Part shown: one piece after another, positions 28,106 through 42,633 of the stretch
Position numbering within the stretch: position 1 is the first letter of the stretch
Layout: each line of letters starts with the position of its first letter
From: Eledone cirrhosa
Lineage: Eukaryota
Reading direction: 5' to 3'
DNA length: 64,000 nucleotides
NCBI GenBank assembly: GCA_964016885.1
Contig: OZ024757.1
Location: 27,466,001-27,530,000 of the forward strand
Position numbers and translations under genes: made by a program
Notes under the pieces: generated by a model
What the model was told of the DNA's origin: nothing
What the model saw: only the letters and a program-made list of their open reading frames with translations
The model's database searches: none

Positions 28106-28749
28106 CAACACCAGCAGCACGTCAAAATTTCAAGCGATTCTCTCCGGATTTGTTATAAAGGGTGTACGTACGTGCGAGTTTCTTGTGTATATACAACAAC
28201 TAGATACATCATAATAGGTTTATCACCACCCTCACACACACACACCCACACATATATACACACACATACACATATATATATATATGTGTGTTCGTATATA
28301 TATATATAGATTTATATATATATATATATATATATAAATACACAGCACTCTGTCATCTCCCCCTCTCTGTTACACGTGACGTTATGTCCCCTGCTGTGAC
28401 AAATGTAAGTCGGGGACAAAACAGGGCCCAGGAACCTGGAGCTTTCTCGATGTAGATACACATATATATATGTCCACACATATACACACACACACACATA
28501 TATATATATATATTTGTCGACTTCTACAAGGATACCAGCAGAGAGAGGCCGGGAGAGTGAGGGAGAGAGAGAAGGGGAAAGAGAGAACACAAGAAACAAA
28601 CCTAAAGGAAGCAACACGGAAGGAGTACGTTGACCAATGAGTTATTTTACGTAAGGAACATCTTTTTGTATTCCATCTATTGCCTCTGTATGTATCAGTG
28701 AGTGTGTTCTGTTATTAATTCTGGCAATATTACACAAATATGACCCTCC

Positions 28750-28815
<66 letters not shown>

Positions 28816-28931
28816 GTGTGTGTGTATATATATGTGTGTGTGTGTATATATGTATGTGTGTGTGTATATACATATATGTGTGTGTATGTGTATATATATG
28901 TATATATGTATATACGTATATGTATATATAT

Positions 28932-28998
<67 letters not shown>

Positions 28999-29324
28999 AA
29001 CGTAAGTATATATATATATATATATTTAAATGTATATGCGTATATAAATGCATGTATATATGTACGTGTGTGTATGTATGCATGTTTATATGAAGTGAAA
29101 ATGAAATGAAATTTACAAATTTACACCTATGCATGTATAGCTGGCCTTTTATGAGGTTGTATCTCAAAGGAGGTTTCTAAGGTGTTTGAATGATAGGGGA
29201 CACTATCTTATGAATAACCCCATAGAATGAAGCATCTTGCTCAAGAACACGATGTGCTACCTGGTCCAGGAATCAAATTTACAAACTTATGATAGTGAGT
29301 TCAACACCTTAGCCTTCACACACA

Positions 29325-29488
29325 CAGTGCCGGATTTAGGACAAACGAGGCCCTGAGCTAGTTAAGTTATGAGGCCCCTTACATTTGAAAAATTCATTGT
29401 AAAAGATTTTTTTGTCAGGAAGAATCCCCACCGGCCAACTGGGCCCTGTGTTTAAGCACACCTAAGCACAATGGTAAATCTGACACTG
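29325..29488 (+). mobile_element. hAT-type MITE
   Basis: CAGTGCCGGATT ... AATCTGACACTG; 8-bp flanks cacacaca. Confidence 0.7.
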
Positions 29489-29534
29489 CACACACATGAT
29501 GATGATGATGATGATGATGATACTGGTGTGTGTT

Positions 29535-29583
<49 letters not shown>

Positions 29584-29621
29584 GTAAAAGGTAAACAGAA
29601 ATAACAACACAATTGGTACAG

Positions 29622-29652
<31 letters not shown>

Positions 29653-29975
29653 ATAGGCCCTTAACTACTGATGAAGCCGTGGGAGCAGTCATAACACACA
29701 GCATGTTATGGACATTTCAAACCTGGTACAGCCGATCCCTCTCCTCCCAGAGAAAGAGAGAAAGACAGACAGAGAAGTGATAAGGAAATACAGATGAAGA
29801 ATTAACTCCAGTACTTCACTGGATTAGACTGGTACTTTTATTTATCAACCTCGTAACGATGAAAGGCAAAATTGACCTCAGTGGAATTTGAACTCAGAGA
29901 ACAGGAAGCCGGAACAAATGCATAGGCATTTAATTCAACGCCTGAATGACTGTCAATTTACCTTATATATATATG

Positions 29976-30034
<59 letters not shown>

Positions 30035-30233
30035 ATAATAATAAAATTGAAGACTAAAATCCAAAGAGGGCTCGATAAGGAAAATATATATCAAATATAT
30101 AAGAACCGTAGAGCAAATATTTATTAAAATAACAGATTAAAGTTTATATATATATATATATGTGTGTGTATATATATATATATGTATATATATATATTTG
30201 CAAGCGTGGAACACGGACGTTAAACGATGATGA

Positions 30234-30308
<75 letters not shown>

Positions 30309-30376
30309 TATAAATATATAAATGAAAAGTATAGAAATTGTTGTAGCGAGAAGCTAACAGTATTCCATAACATATA

Positions 30377-30437
<61 letters not shown>

Positions 30438-30530
30438 CACACATATATATATATTCTCCCATTCTCACCAACCATGAAGCTAATAACACTATGTACCATT
30501 GACACCTCTGTTTGTTTGTTTGTCATTTTG

Positions 30531-30597
<67 letters not shown>

Positions 30598-30601
30598 TGA
30601 G

Positions 30602-30648
30602 ATTCTACAGGACTAGAACTGTTTCATTCTTTAGAAATCATCAGGAAT
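30602..30648 (-). ncRNA. Type I hammerhead ribozyme motif
   Basis: attc-CTGATGA-tttc(taaa)gaat-GAAA-cag(ttctagtc)ctg-TA^gaat; compensatory change in helix I relative to 25181. Confidence 0.7.
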
Positions 30649-31393
30649 TATATATATATATATAATTATATACAGTGGAGACATGTTCAACCTTTGCCAG
30701 CAGAGAAAGTGGACGTTCTATGATGACAATATATATACATAGAGAGAGAGAGATGGACATACACCCACACATACACATGTCTGCGTATGTTAAGTTGTGA
30801 CCCCTCTGTTTTGTATGTCCAGTCACTGTGAGTTAAAGTGGTCAAATTCAGTTGGTACTGGCTGCTGACCTCAGTTTAAATTGGCTACAAAGACCATTGC
30901 TCTCTTTGTCTGTCTCTGTCAGACAGTTGTTTTCCATTTAGTGTACAGGTATGACCTCTGACACATAAAGGTTACTCTTTCCTTCTCATCTGCTCTCACT
31001 CTTGTCCCAACATATACATACACACTCACCCAACATACATACACATATACACACACACTCATACATGTACACAACATACACACACATATACATATCAGGG
31101 CCTATACACACACACACACACATATATATAGAAATATAGGATACAAACATGAATGCATTTGCGCTCACACTTACATACATACTCAAATCTAAGTACACAT
31201 GCACACAGGAACATAAACTAACTCAAACTTACACACACATGCATACTAACGGGAATAAACCAACACACACATGCATGTATGTACACACATGTCCATTAAT
31301 AGACACAGGCTAACACACATTTATGTATACAAACCTGCATGCACATGTATACTTACAGGAACAAATCCACACACACACTAATAATAATAATAA

Positions 31394-31740
31394 TAATTGT
31401 TTCTACTTTAGGCACAAGGCCAGCAATTACCAGTGTATTACTGGTACTTTATTTTATCGACCCCGTAAGGATGAAAGCAAAGTTAACCTCGGCGGGATAA
31501 TATAATAATAATGCTTTATAATAATGATTTCTTATATAGGCACAAGGCCAGTAATTTGGGGGAGGGGGAAGTCGATTAAATCGACCCCAGTACATTACTG
31601 GCGCTTTATTTTATTGACCTCGTAAGGATGAAAGGCAAAGTTAACCTCGGCGGGATTTGAACTCAGACCGTAGAGGGCCATAACTCTATGCTGCAAAGCA
31701 TGGCGTCCGACCCTCTACCGATACTGTCAATCCACCGCCC
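31394..31740 (-). mobile_element. One partial and one full-length Meta-domain SINE
   Basis: Core and tRNA head present. Confidence 0.8.
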
Positions 31741-34059
31741 TATAATGCTTTATAATAATGTTTTCTTTATTAACCACAAGGGTTTACACAAAGTAAGACA
31801 TTAAGGACAATACAGGACAATACAGGACAGTACAAATGGGCATTTCTGCATGTAATAAAACAAAAACAGAGGATGTAACAAAAAAGAAACAATGAAAAAT
31901 TCCCCAATAGAGGGGAGACTTCCGAGGGACATTCGTGGAGAAAGCCCATTAAAAACGCCACGGTGACCCTGATCACCAGGGCAAGTGCCCTCTCCCAGTT
32001 TTACACCTTCAGTTTACAGGCACATACTCAGAGTAGGCCCATTCACTTGGGCCATTCTTGCCTCTCTCACCCATCTTTCATTATAATAATAATAATCATT
32101 GTTTAACGTCCATATTAAATGCTAGCATGGGTAGTACAGGATGTCTCTTTGTGAGAGATCTGGTTGAAGGACTGTGTTTTATTTTGGATTCTACGGCTGG
32201 ATGCTCTTCCTAATGCCAACCACATTTACAGTGTGTGATGGGTGCTTTTTGTCATGACACCGACACAACCACTTTACAGTGTGGACTGGGCACTTTTTGT
32301 TCTGTTGCCAACACAACCAGCCTTTGCTGGACGTATACTTCAGCTTGTCCTCAGGGGAGATGCATGAAAGTAGGTGGGGAAGGGCGGGTGGTGCATGCTA
32401 TATATATTCTTCATTTTACGGCCTGTACCTGCAGGAATTCAGGTCTTCTGTATTACTGCGTAATGCCAAAGATCTCAGGTACACAATAAACATAAATACA
32501 GGCACATAATATGTACACACTAATACTGTGGGCTGTGTAATATAGTGGTTAGGGAGCTGGGCTCACAAACAAAAGGTCATGAATTCAATTCCCAAAAAGG
32601 GCAGTCTGTTGTATTTTTGAGCAAGGCCCTTTATTTCATGTTTATTTCCCGTTGCTTCAGTCCACTTAGCTGGAAAAAGTGATTTGTACCTTGTCACACA
32701 TTGTGTTATACTGAATCTCCCTGAGAACTACGTTAAGAGTACACGTGTCTGTGAAATGTTCAGCCACTTACATGTTAATTTCATGAACAAGCAGTTCCAT
32801 TGATTAAATCAACTGAAGTACTCATTGCCAGAGACGAAGGAGGGCCAACATCAATTCAACAAGGAATCATTTCAACAGTCACTCAACTATCACCTAGAAA
32901 TAGCAGCCAACTCTCCCACAAATCACACTTGCTGTCTTAAAAAAATCCTATATAAAGTAGATGGGATGGTCATGATTAGAACATCTTCCATCATATGTCT
33001 ATATGATTAGGGCTAAATTGGAGTTAAAATAACAACTACAGCCACTAATACATACACACACTAATACATACAGACATATACATTGGAGTACCAACAGACA
33101 CATTTAAGCATCTGTTAATACAAGGCAACTAACAAACACACACTAAACCATAGCTACATACATACATAAATTTAGACACACAAATACATACATACACACA
33201 CAAATACATACTCATGATAAATATGATGATGATGGCAGTGGTGATGATGATGATGATCATCATCATCATCATCATTACTGTTTTACTTTCGTTTCCAATG
33301 TAGGAATGGATTGGATGGCTTGTCACATTCAGAGACGGGATAGATCAGATGACCACCTCCTGTTCATAATTTTCGTTTTTGGCATGGTTTCTATAGCTGG
33401 ATGCCATTACTAATGCCAATCACTTTACAGGTCAATTTTGCCTTTCATCCTTTTAGGGTTGATAAAACATACCAGTCCAGGGGCAGTGGATTAGCAGAAT
33501 TGTTGCTGAGTCAGTATTTGATCTGACTCTGTGTATTCTGAGTTCAAATCATACCTTCTTCTTCTGCCAGGAGTTATGACTGGAAGATAGTATTAGCAAT
33601 GGGGAAAAACTAATGGAAACATAGTTTCCTTGGTCTGATCTGATGATCAACCTGTGTGAGACACCTCTGTCCACTTTTTATCCATCTCTAAGATTTTCTT
33701 TACATGATTTTCTCAACAATTATTTATAGTCATCTACTATTATTATAGTCATTTACTTTGGGACGACTACATTTCAAAACCACCTGAAGCAGTCTAGGCT
33801 AGTAAACCATGTTACACATACAAACAGAACAAAACAAAAAAAATAATCAACAATATATTTCTCTGACAAACCAACATACTTGCATTTAGTTTACTGAGGA
33901 GTGTAAGAATTGGACTGTGTGAAAGTGGTAACAAATTTTGTAGTTAGCCGAATTGAAATTAAATTTTTCAAACATTGATGGCCTAGTGTATGTTAGATGT
34001 TGTACAAGAGATGAATTTAAACTCCCCACCACCACCAAGTGTATGAATCTGAACATTAA

Positions 34060-34248
34060 CCCTTTAGCATTTACGTTACTCTATGTTTACTATTATATTT
34101 TCACATAACATTGAATCTATGAGATTTTGATGTTATTTATTTTGAGATCAATACCTTAACATCAGTATGCATAGCCTTTTATGGCTGGTTTGAACATAAA
34201 GAGGTGGGAGAATTCTGGCCAGATACGGCTGGTTTAAATGCTAGAGGG
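34060..34248. mobile_element. piggyBac-type MITE (relatives at 19178-19368, 36072-36288, 50160-50640, 54685-54905)
   Basis: TTAA|CCCTTTAGCATTTA ... TAAATGCTAGAGGG|TTAA. Confidence 0.8.
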
Positions 34249-35994
34249 TTAAGTATGGGGCAAGGAACTATGTCAGGGTATGGGGTTGCATGTCCATATA
34301 TATAGCAAAGCATTCACATCTGGCACTCTAAGAATTCCACCATTCAACAATCCCTCGAATGGTTATTTTATTTATTTATTAACACCGAAAGGATGAAAGG
34401 CAAAGTTGACCTTGGAAAGAGTTGAACTCGGAGTGGTGAGAAGTGGAATGAGAGAATCATAAATGGAGTGCAGCCTATCAGGTGATCTTGAAGAAGATTT
34501 ATACTACCATATGCCAAGAGTCATTTCCACCAGTCATGAAGTTTCAGAATGACAACAACCAGAAGCATAGTATAGGAATAATCAAGGATTTCTTATTCTT
34601 TTACCCATAACTCCTGATGGAATCGTAGGAGTGTCATCTTGACATACAGCATTTCGAAGGGCATTTTTAAACCTGGCAGAGCCCATCTCTTCTTTAGCTC
34701 TGAATACAGCAGATTTTTTCCAGAGAAGGATAGAGAGTGAAAGGGAGGAAGCGAAAATATTAGACTGGTACTTTTTTTTTAATTGACCCCAATACTAGAC
34801 TGGTACCTCGAATGGATGAAAGGCAAAGTTGATCTGAGTGGGATTTGAACTGAGAAAGCAAAGAGCTGAAATGAATGCTGCAAAGCACTCTATCTGATGT
34901 TCTCACAACTCTGCCAATTAACTGTCTTTCAAGGAATTCATTAAAAGCCCTCCCCCCCCCCCTCCCCCCAAAAAAGGAAAAAAATCCAAGTACAACCCCT
35001 CCAGATTGAAATCCGATAGAAAAATACATGGAAATAGGTTGATATGATTATTCTGTCAAGAAAACCCAGGAAATTGAGTGAATTATATGATTACATAGCC
35101 AAAAAATGATAGGTGATAAATTGGCAGAGTTGTTAGGACATCAGATTAAAAATACCTCATTATTTGTTCCGGCTATACTGCACTTAAAGTTCAAATCTTG
35201 CTGAGGTCAACTTTGTCTTTCATTCTTTCAAGGTCGATAAATATAAATACCAGTCAAGTAATGAGGTTGATTCTTCCTCTATTTATTTTCTTTCTTTCTC
35301 TCTCTCTCTTCCATGGTGATAAATAAAAATACCAGTCAAGTAATGAGGTTGATTCTTACTCTCTCTCTCTCTCTCTCTCTCTCCCTTTCTTTCTCTGGAA
35401 GAAATTGGCTATGTTCAGACCTGAAGAGGAATGGAGACTGCCAGGCTTAGAATTCCCAAGACATCTGAGGTGTCTGTATGATGCTCTTACAACTCCACCG
35501 AGAGTTAAGGGTTAAGAAGAAGAACGATGATGATGATGATGAAGATATTGAAAAGATGGCTAGCAATTCCAGATAATGTAATCATCAAACTTATAAATTC
35601 AATATCTTGTAATTAAGATTCTCTTCTGGGAAATTTCAGGTACCTGATTAAATATCAGTACTATATGATTTTATTCTTCCAAATTTTTAACTCTTTTAAT
35701 ACCAACCCACCCAAAATCCATCTCTGAGTCTATCAAACAAAACTACTCATTTGAAAGAGTTCCTATATTAGTAAGGAAATAATTAATGATTTTAGTAAAA
35801 CTCTCAAAATTATTTGCTAATTAATTGAAATAAAGTGTATTTAATTAGAAATGTAGTCACCAAAGAGTGACATTCAATTTTAACCAGAAAAATTATCTGC
35901 ATTCTGCTGAGTTACTCAAAAAACAAATATATTTTCAAATTTTAAATTTCCCCAATTCTTCCTAGACAAACTAAATGTTGTTTACACATGTTAA

Positions 35995-36033
<39 letters not shown>

Positions 36034-36559
36034 TTAGTGGTGGTGGTGTTGTTTTCTAGTTTGTCACTTAACCATTTAGCATTTAAACTGGTTGCATCCA
36101 GTCACAATTCTCTCACCTCTCCCAGTTCAAACCAGCTGTAACCGGCCACTTGTGCTTATGTTAAGGTATTGTTCTCAAAATAAATAATATCAAAATCTCA
36201 TAGATTCGATATTATGTGAGATATTATGTAAGATAAAGCCATTACCACAAAATACAACAGTATATATAGTATAGAGAATGCTAAAGGGTTGATGCTTCTA
36301 ATAAGTGGTCAAATGTACTTTGGTGTAATGATGATAAGTGGTTGCCCAGTATATGGCAGATGTATGGTTAAATTCCCACAGGCATTTCTGTCCAATTTTT
36401 TTCCATTTTCATGGGCACTTTACTAGAGTTATTCAGCTATCATTTATAGATATCTGCATTGTGGCAGTTTCCCCACCAATAAAAACTGAACACATTTGCA
36501 AATTTTAGATTTATCCAATGCTTCATAAAGGAACCAAAAATACACCCACCCCTATACAC

Positions 36560-36880
36560 ACACATACACGACCACCACCACACACTGCCAGCAACACACA
36601 CACACACAGCCAGTAACACATACACGACCACCACCACACACTGCCAGCAACACACATACACAGCCAGTTACACATACACGACCACCACCACACACAGCCA
36701 GTTACACATACACGACCACCACCACACACACAGCCAGTTACACATACACGACCACCACCACACACACAGCCAGTTACACATACACGACCACCACCACACA
36801 CACAGCCAGTTACACATACACGACCACCACCACACACACAGCCAGTTACACATACACGACCACCACCACACACAGCCAAC
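36560..36880. repeat. 33-bp minisatellite
   Basis: Repeated acagccagttacacatacacgaccaccaccacac-type unit. Confidence 0.85.
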
Positions 36881-37047
36881 ACCACACACACACATAACAA
36901 CACACACACTGCCACCACCACCGCCACCACCACCACCACCACCACACACAGACATTGCTGTGTTTCCATCAACTCTGCTGCCATTGTTTTAATCTGTTTG
37001 TCAGCAACATGTTACTTAATCAATGAAGGTGTATTTAGTTGACTTTC

Positions 37048-37086
<39 letters not shown>

Positions 37087-37100
37087 TCTGTATTACTTTA

Positions 37101-37139
<39 letters not shown>

Positions 37140-37477
37140 GTGTGTGTGTGTATTTCTCAATTTGCAATTTGTCTATCTCACTCTCTTTCTTTCTTTCTGT
37201 ATATTATATATATATGTGTGTGTGTGTGTGTGTATAGATATGTGTGTATGTGTGTGTGTGTATTTCTCAATTTGTCTATCTCACTCTCTCAACTCAGGCT
37301 ACAGCATAGCTCCACCACCACCACCACCACCAATTCTAGCAACAGTTAATACCCTGCAGCAGTGGTGGTGGTGGGTGAAGTGGATGGAGCTAATAAAAGT
37401 GGTGGTTGAGCGAAGATAGTCATTTTGTCATTTCTATAACAGACTTGCCTTTAGCAATTTACATAGCAATTTATCAA

Positions 37478-37524
<47 letters not shown>

Positions 37525-37659
37525 ACACACACACACACCCACACTCACACACACACCCACACTCACACACACACTGTAATCTTATCAATAAAAATAATGA
37601 GAAAACTCAATGAAAATAAAGTCGAAATTTAGATACATATGTACATATTATGTATGTAA

Positions 37660-39662
37660 TCTCTTTCTCTTAATTTCGAGTATATTTTTTTGATCAGCCA
37701 CCTTCCTGGTGGCAAGGTTGTAAAAGAAAAGAAATTGTCATCCCTTGAATCGCAAGAATGTTTTGCAAATTTTGAAGGTGCCAGCTATCGCAGCCATTTG
37801 TAGACTATGAATTAGATGCGCTTTTTGTCTGCAAATCCAAGTTCAGTCATACTTTGGTCCAAGCGGGTTGGTATATAACCCGTAGCTCCAATAATTGTTT
37901 CTACTTTTGGCACAAGGCCAGCAATTACCCAATGCATTACTGGTACTTTATTTTATCGACCCCGTAAGGATGAAAGGCAAAGTCAACCTCGGCGGGATTT
38001 GAACTCAGATCGTAAAGGGACGTAACTATGCTGGAAAGCATGGCGTCCGACCCTCTACCGATACTGCCAATCCACCGCCCTGTAGCTCCAATAATGATGG
38101 GTATGAAGCTATAGGTGTGTCTTTGATACTGGATTTGTAAACTCCTCATCAATGGTCCGTAGATGTCCCCCTTCTCCTGTATTTTTCTGACAACGTTTAC
38201 ATCAAGTGGGCAGCTGATCTCCACAACAGAACACGTTTTCAATGTGTGGTCCCAAACAACAATATCAGGCCGGTTGTACTTTAATTTGGTGGCAGTTTTA
38301 TTTTCAGGTTCCACCAGTATTCCTTAGTGCCATCTGTCTCAATATATTCTTCCTCGTTTGTTGTTAATTTTGTTTTCCGAAGTGCGTTCCAGATGGTTCT
38401 AGCTATCCCATCGTGTCTCATGGGGAGGTAGTAGCGAGATGACATTCTTTCGCAGCTAGCAACAAAGTGGCTTACATCCTCGATCTTTGTTTTACATAGC
38501 CTACATTTATTGTCAGCTGCTGGCCCTCCCCTTTTGTGCAGCAGATATTTGGTAGGGAGTTCTTGTTCCTGTATTGCATAGAGATATCCCTCAAGGTGTG
38601 ATGTCATAAATTTGTCGGAACTCCATGCCAGGCTTTTTAAGTGGTTTATCCCCTCTATGGTCTGTGTTTTACGTCTCAAGTATCCATGCACAACTTTTTC
38701 TGTAAATTGGTCAATTTTTTCATCTTGTTTGAACATTGAATAGGATCTTCCGATTTCTCTGGGTGAGAGATTTATATCAGGCTTTATTCCATATCTCTCC
38801 TCCAGATCAGTCGCTATTCTAATGATATTTTTTTTTCATGCTCATAAACCTGGGCAAGATGGTTGCCAACCTTTTTCCTCTGTTGAAGGTGTTGCTTCAG
38901 TGTTACTATCCGGATATCATATGTTGTTAATATGGATTTTAGACCCCGGCCACCTTCCTTGCGTGAGAAGTATAGCCTCTCCACATCACCATTGATGTTA
39001 AAGTTCCCAGTAACACTGAGAAGTTTGCGAGTTCTAACATCCATCTCACTTAGTTCTTGCAATGACCAGTTCAGCAGGCCAAATGTTGGCGTTAGAATTG
39101 GCACAGCATAAGTATTGTGGGCAATGTATTTGTTGTACGCTGACAGTTCTGATGACCATATTTTCTTTACTCTTCTGAGGTATTCAGTTCTGGTTCTCTC
39201 CTTATTTATGGGTCCATCATATCTGACATTCTCATCCTGTCCAAGATATCTGTAGTTGTCACCTGACTGTAGAGGTTGTATTGTCAGGCCGTTCATCTCT
39301 AGATTTCTAGAGGAGGGCACAGCTCTTCTACGTTTTACTGCCAAATATGCACACTTGGACTCACCAAATTTCATTTTGATGTCTGTTGAAAATTGTGTAA
39401 AGAGGTCCAATTGTTTCTTGATGTCATTGATATTTGGCCCATACAACTTCAGGTCATCAATAAAGAAAAAGATGGGAGATACTTCTGGACCCACGTCTTT
39501 GTCCACCTTGTTTCCTGAATAGGTAAGATAGTGGATTTAGTGAGAGAACGAAGAGTAGCACTGACAAGCTATCACTCTGAAAGATGCCCTTCTGGTAATG
39601 TATCTTATCAGTCTTAACTTGCTCCTTCTCACCTCTAAGGATCAAATTGGTGTACCAGTTCT
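37660..39662 (-). mobile_element. Non-LTR retrotransposon with restriction-like endonuclease (R4/Dong-like), 5'-truncated and frameshifted
   Basis: GIFQSDSLS.LLF, FIDDLKLY, FG..KC, YRYLG, R.EGGRGL, QEQ, CCHC knuckle CRLC...EDVSHFVASC, RHD, RPDIVVWD..VEISCP; C-terminus ...KICKTFLRFKG* near 37740. Confidence 0.88.
37896..38080 (-). mobile_element. tRNA-derived SINE (Meta-domain type) inserted in the LINE endonuclease
   Basis: A/B-box head ggcggtggattggcagtatcggtag...gagttcaaatcc; core gcctttcatccttacggggtcgataaaataaagtacc; 14-bp TSD gtagctccaataat at 37882 and 38082. Confidence 0.9.
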
Positions 39663-39663
39663 G

Positions 39664-39695
<32 letters not shown>

Positions 39696-39779
39696 TGTAT
39701 GTATGTATGTATGTATGTATGTATGTGTATGTATCTATATGTGTTTATATATATATATATATGCATATATATATATATA

Positions 39780-39857
39780 CAGGTTGTCCCCCCAAATGAA
39801 TACACATATTTATGAAAATGCTTTTGAAGTATGTATACACTTTTGGGGAACACCCTG
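39780..39857. mobile_element. Tiny Tc1/mariner-type MITE (relatives at 23984-24058 and 58706-58797)
   Basis: TIRs caggttgtcccccaaa / tttggggaacaccctg, flanked by TA. Confidence 0.7.
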
Positions 39858-39971
39858 TATATATATGTGTGTGTGTGTGTATGTGTAAAAGGTAAACAGA
39901 AATAACAATACAAACGGCACAGTACATGAAAGAAATGTATTAGTGTAATGCTTGAAATAGCAGGAAGAGAG

Positions 39972-40007
39972 TCTTAATGTTTCAGACACAAGTCCTTCAT
40001 CAGAAGA
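39972..40007 (-). ncRNA. Minimal hammerhead motif (PLE type)
   Basis: tctt-CTGATGA-a-ggac(ttgt)gtct-GAAA-ca-TT^aaga; ACAT could be a CpG-decayed ACGT palindrome. Confidence 0.6.
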
Positions 40008-40441
40008 TAGAATTAGAAATAGAAGATAAATAGAAAGTAAAGAGTAATGAGAGAAAAGAACGGGGAAAATAAGAAAAAAAAACACATGGGTATTCAGTCA
40101 GCCATCAGAGTTTATATGTATATATATATATACATATATATATATACACATATATATCATTATCATCATTGTTTAATGTCTATCTTCCACGCTAGCATGG
40201 GTTAGATGGAAATTGTCCAACTTGAGGCAAGATTGATCGGGTGACCATGACTCGCTCGAATAGGACAAACTATCTAACCCATGTTGGTGTGGAAAGTGGA
40301 TGTTAAACGACGATGATGATGATGATGATATATATATGCATATATATGTGTGTGTGTGTGTGTGTATATATATATAGAGAGAGAGAGAGCCATTTAGCAT
40401 TAATAATTAAGTGTTTAGTAAAATGCTCTTTATCAGTACAC

Positions 40442-40528
40442 AAGGCTACTGGCTGGTTTCATGCCAAGTGTAGATTGTTTTATTGGTGATAATATATCTA
40501 CATCTACTTGGCATAATCTTCAGACCTT
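40442..40528 (-). ncRNA. Type I hammerhead ribozyme motif, long helix II
   Basis: aaggt-CTGAAGA-tt-atgccaag..tgtagat/atctaca.cttggcat-GAAA-ccagccag-TA^gcctt. Confidence 0.68.
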
Positions 40529-41121
40529 AATATGGTGGAACCTCCGTTTATGAATGCCTTTCATCACAAACAATTTTTACAAACTTAAAATGTCTCAGTT
40601 GATGAAAGGTGTCTTGACTGACGAACAAGCAAGTTGGCAACATCGGTTGGCAACAAGCTTGGAGTATCAGCAGGAAAACATGACTTGCTGTGTAGTTAGT
40701 TACTATGGTGATATCTATCTGTCATTCACACAAAGTCTCTCTCTCTCAACATTCTGTACGGGAAAAATAGTTTTGGTTTACGAACATTTCAGATGACGAA
40801 CGGCCTTCAGAAATAAATTAAGTTCATGAATCGAGATTCTACTGTGTGTCATCATCATCATCATCATCACCGTTTTACGTCCGTTCTTCCACGCTAGCAT
40901 GGGTTAGACGGGTTGTCCTGTTGTGGGCAGTGTCTGGTCGGCTGACCATGCCTTGCTCATACAGGAACTGATCTGGCTTGATTTCTACAGCTGGATGCCC
41001 TTCCTAACACCAACCTCATTTACAGTGAGTGCTGTATATATATATATAATTTGTTTTTTTTTCCTACAAATCTCTACAAATTTCATACTTGAGGACCCAA
41101 TACACACACACACACATATAT

Positions 41122-41176
<55 letters not shown>

Positions 41177-41402
41177 TATATATATACATATATATATATA
41201 TTTACATATATATATATATATATATATATATCATCATCATCAACGTTAAACGATGATGACGATGATGATCATGATGATATATATATATATATATTGGAAA
41301 ATGTGTGAGATCCTTGGTACAGTTAGGTATATTTGAAAAAAAGGAAAAGAATGACTTGTAGTTCTAAACAATTTGATTTAATTTTATATTATAATCATAT
41401 TA

Positions 41403-42259
41403 TCTATATATATAAAACAGAGAATGTTTGTCGGTCTGTCTCTCTCCCTAAAACTCGAGAACCACGCAACCAATTTTTTCCAAACTTTACACATATAATA
41501 CTTATGGTCGTGTGAGTGTTTTGAGCAAAAATATTTCAAATTTTCAATGCCCTAGGGACTGCATTAGGCGAAAAGCCACATATTTTAGGCTTTAAAGGGT
41601 TTTTTGAGGCATAATGGAAAAATAATCCAGGCGATTTCTCCAAAATTTGCATTACTTATGTCGTTTAAAGTGTTTTTGAGCAAAAAAGATTTTCCCATTT
41701 TTTGCCCCAGGACCACATTTAGGCGAAAAACCGATTTTTAAAAACATTTTGGTTGCGTTAGGGCCTGTAACTCGAGAAGTACCCAACCAATTTTGTTTTA
41801 AACTTTGTATATGCATTACTTATGTTTCACAAATTTTTTTGACTGAAAAAGATTTCAAATTTTTGCCTGGAGACCGCATTGTTTAGCATTTTGGTTGCAT
41901 TATGGCCTGTACCCTTAAAATTATCCAACTAAATTCCTTCATGCTCTCCACCACTGCAGTCCCACATGCTTACTGCTCTGTAACTATTACTTTCATTGTA
42001 CCATAGCACAACAAATGCATGTTCGGTTTGTCGAATGCCTTTTTACTTAACCCTATCGTCTTGGCTTTCCTGGGTTGAACATTTTACGCTCAGTCACCCA
42101 ATTAAGTAAAACCCATGGTAATCTACGACAAATTCTTTTTATAAGCACAAAATGTAGACACCATCCCCATTCCGTACTTCTCTGTACTGTTTCAGAAAGG
42201 AGGGATAAACAAGCCAATCTATGTTTAGAATCCCGAGCAACGCCGTGCCATTCTGCTAG
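41403..42259 (+). mobile_element. Non-autonomous Helitron
   Basis: Starts TCTATATATATAAAA and ends cccgagcaacgccgtg (hairpin)...ctgCTAG; inserted between A and T with no TSD; about 3 diverged internal repeats. Confidence 0.82.
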
Positions 42260-42279
42260 TAATATTATAAAATTAAATC

Positions 42280-42501
42280 GGGCGGTGGATTGGCACTATC
42301 GGTAGATAGTCGGACGCCATGCTTTGCAGCAAAGAGTTACGGCCCTTTATGATCTGAGTTCAAATCCCGCCGAGGTTAACTTTGCCTTTCATCCTCACGG
42401 GGTCGATAAAATAAAGTACCAGTTACGCACTGGGGTCGATTTAATCGACTTTCCCCTCCCACAAAATCACTGGCCTTGTGCCCATATAAGAAACCAATAT
42501 C
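42280..42501 (+). mobile_element. Full-length Meta-domain SINE with TSD
   Basis: Flanked on both sides by ataaaattaaatc. Confidence 0.85.
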
Positions 42502-42555
42502 ATAAAATTAAATCAAATTGTTTAGAACTACAAATGAAGTCATTCTTTTCCTTTT

Positions 42556-42633
<78 letters not shown>

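Noticed and set aside
42280-42375. tRNA gene
   Set aside because: The A/B boxes belong to a SINE head; no cloverleaf, and a SINE core follows
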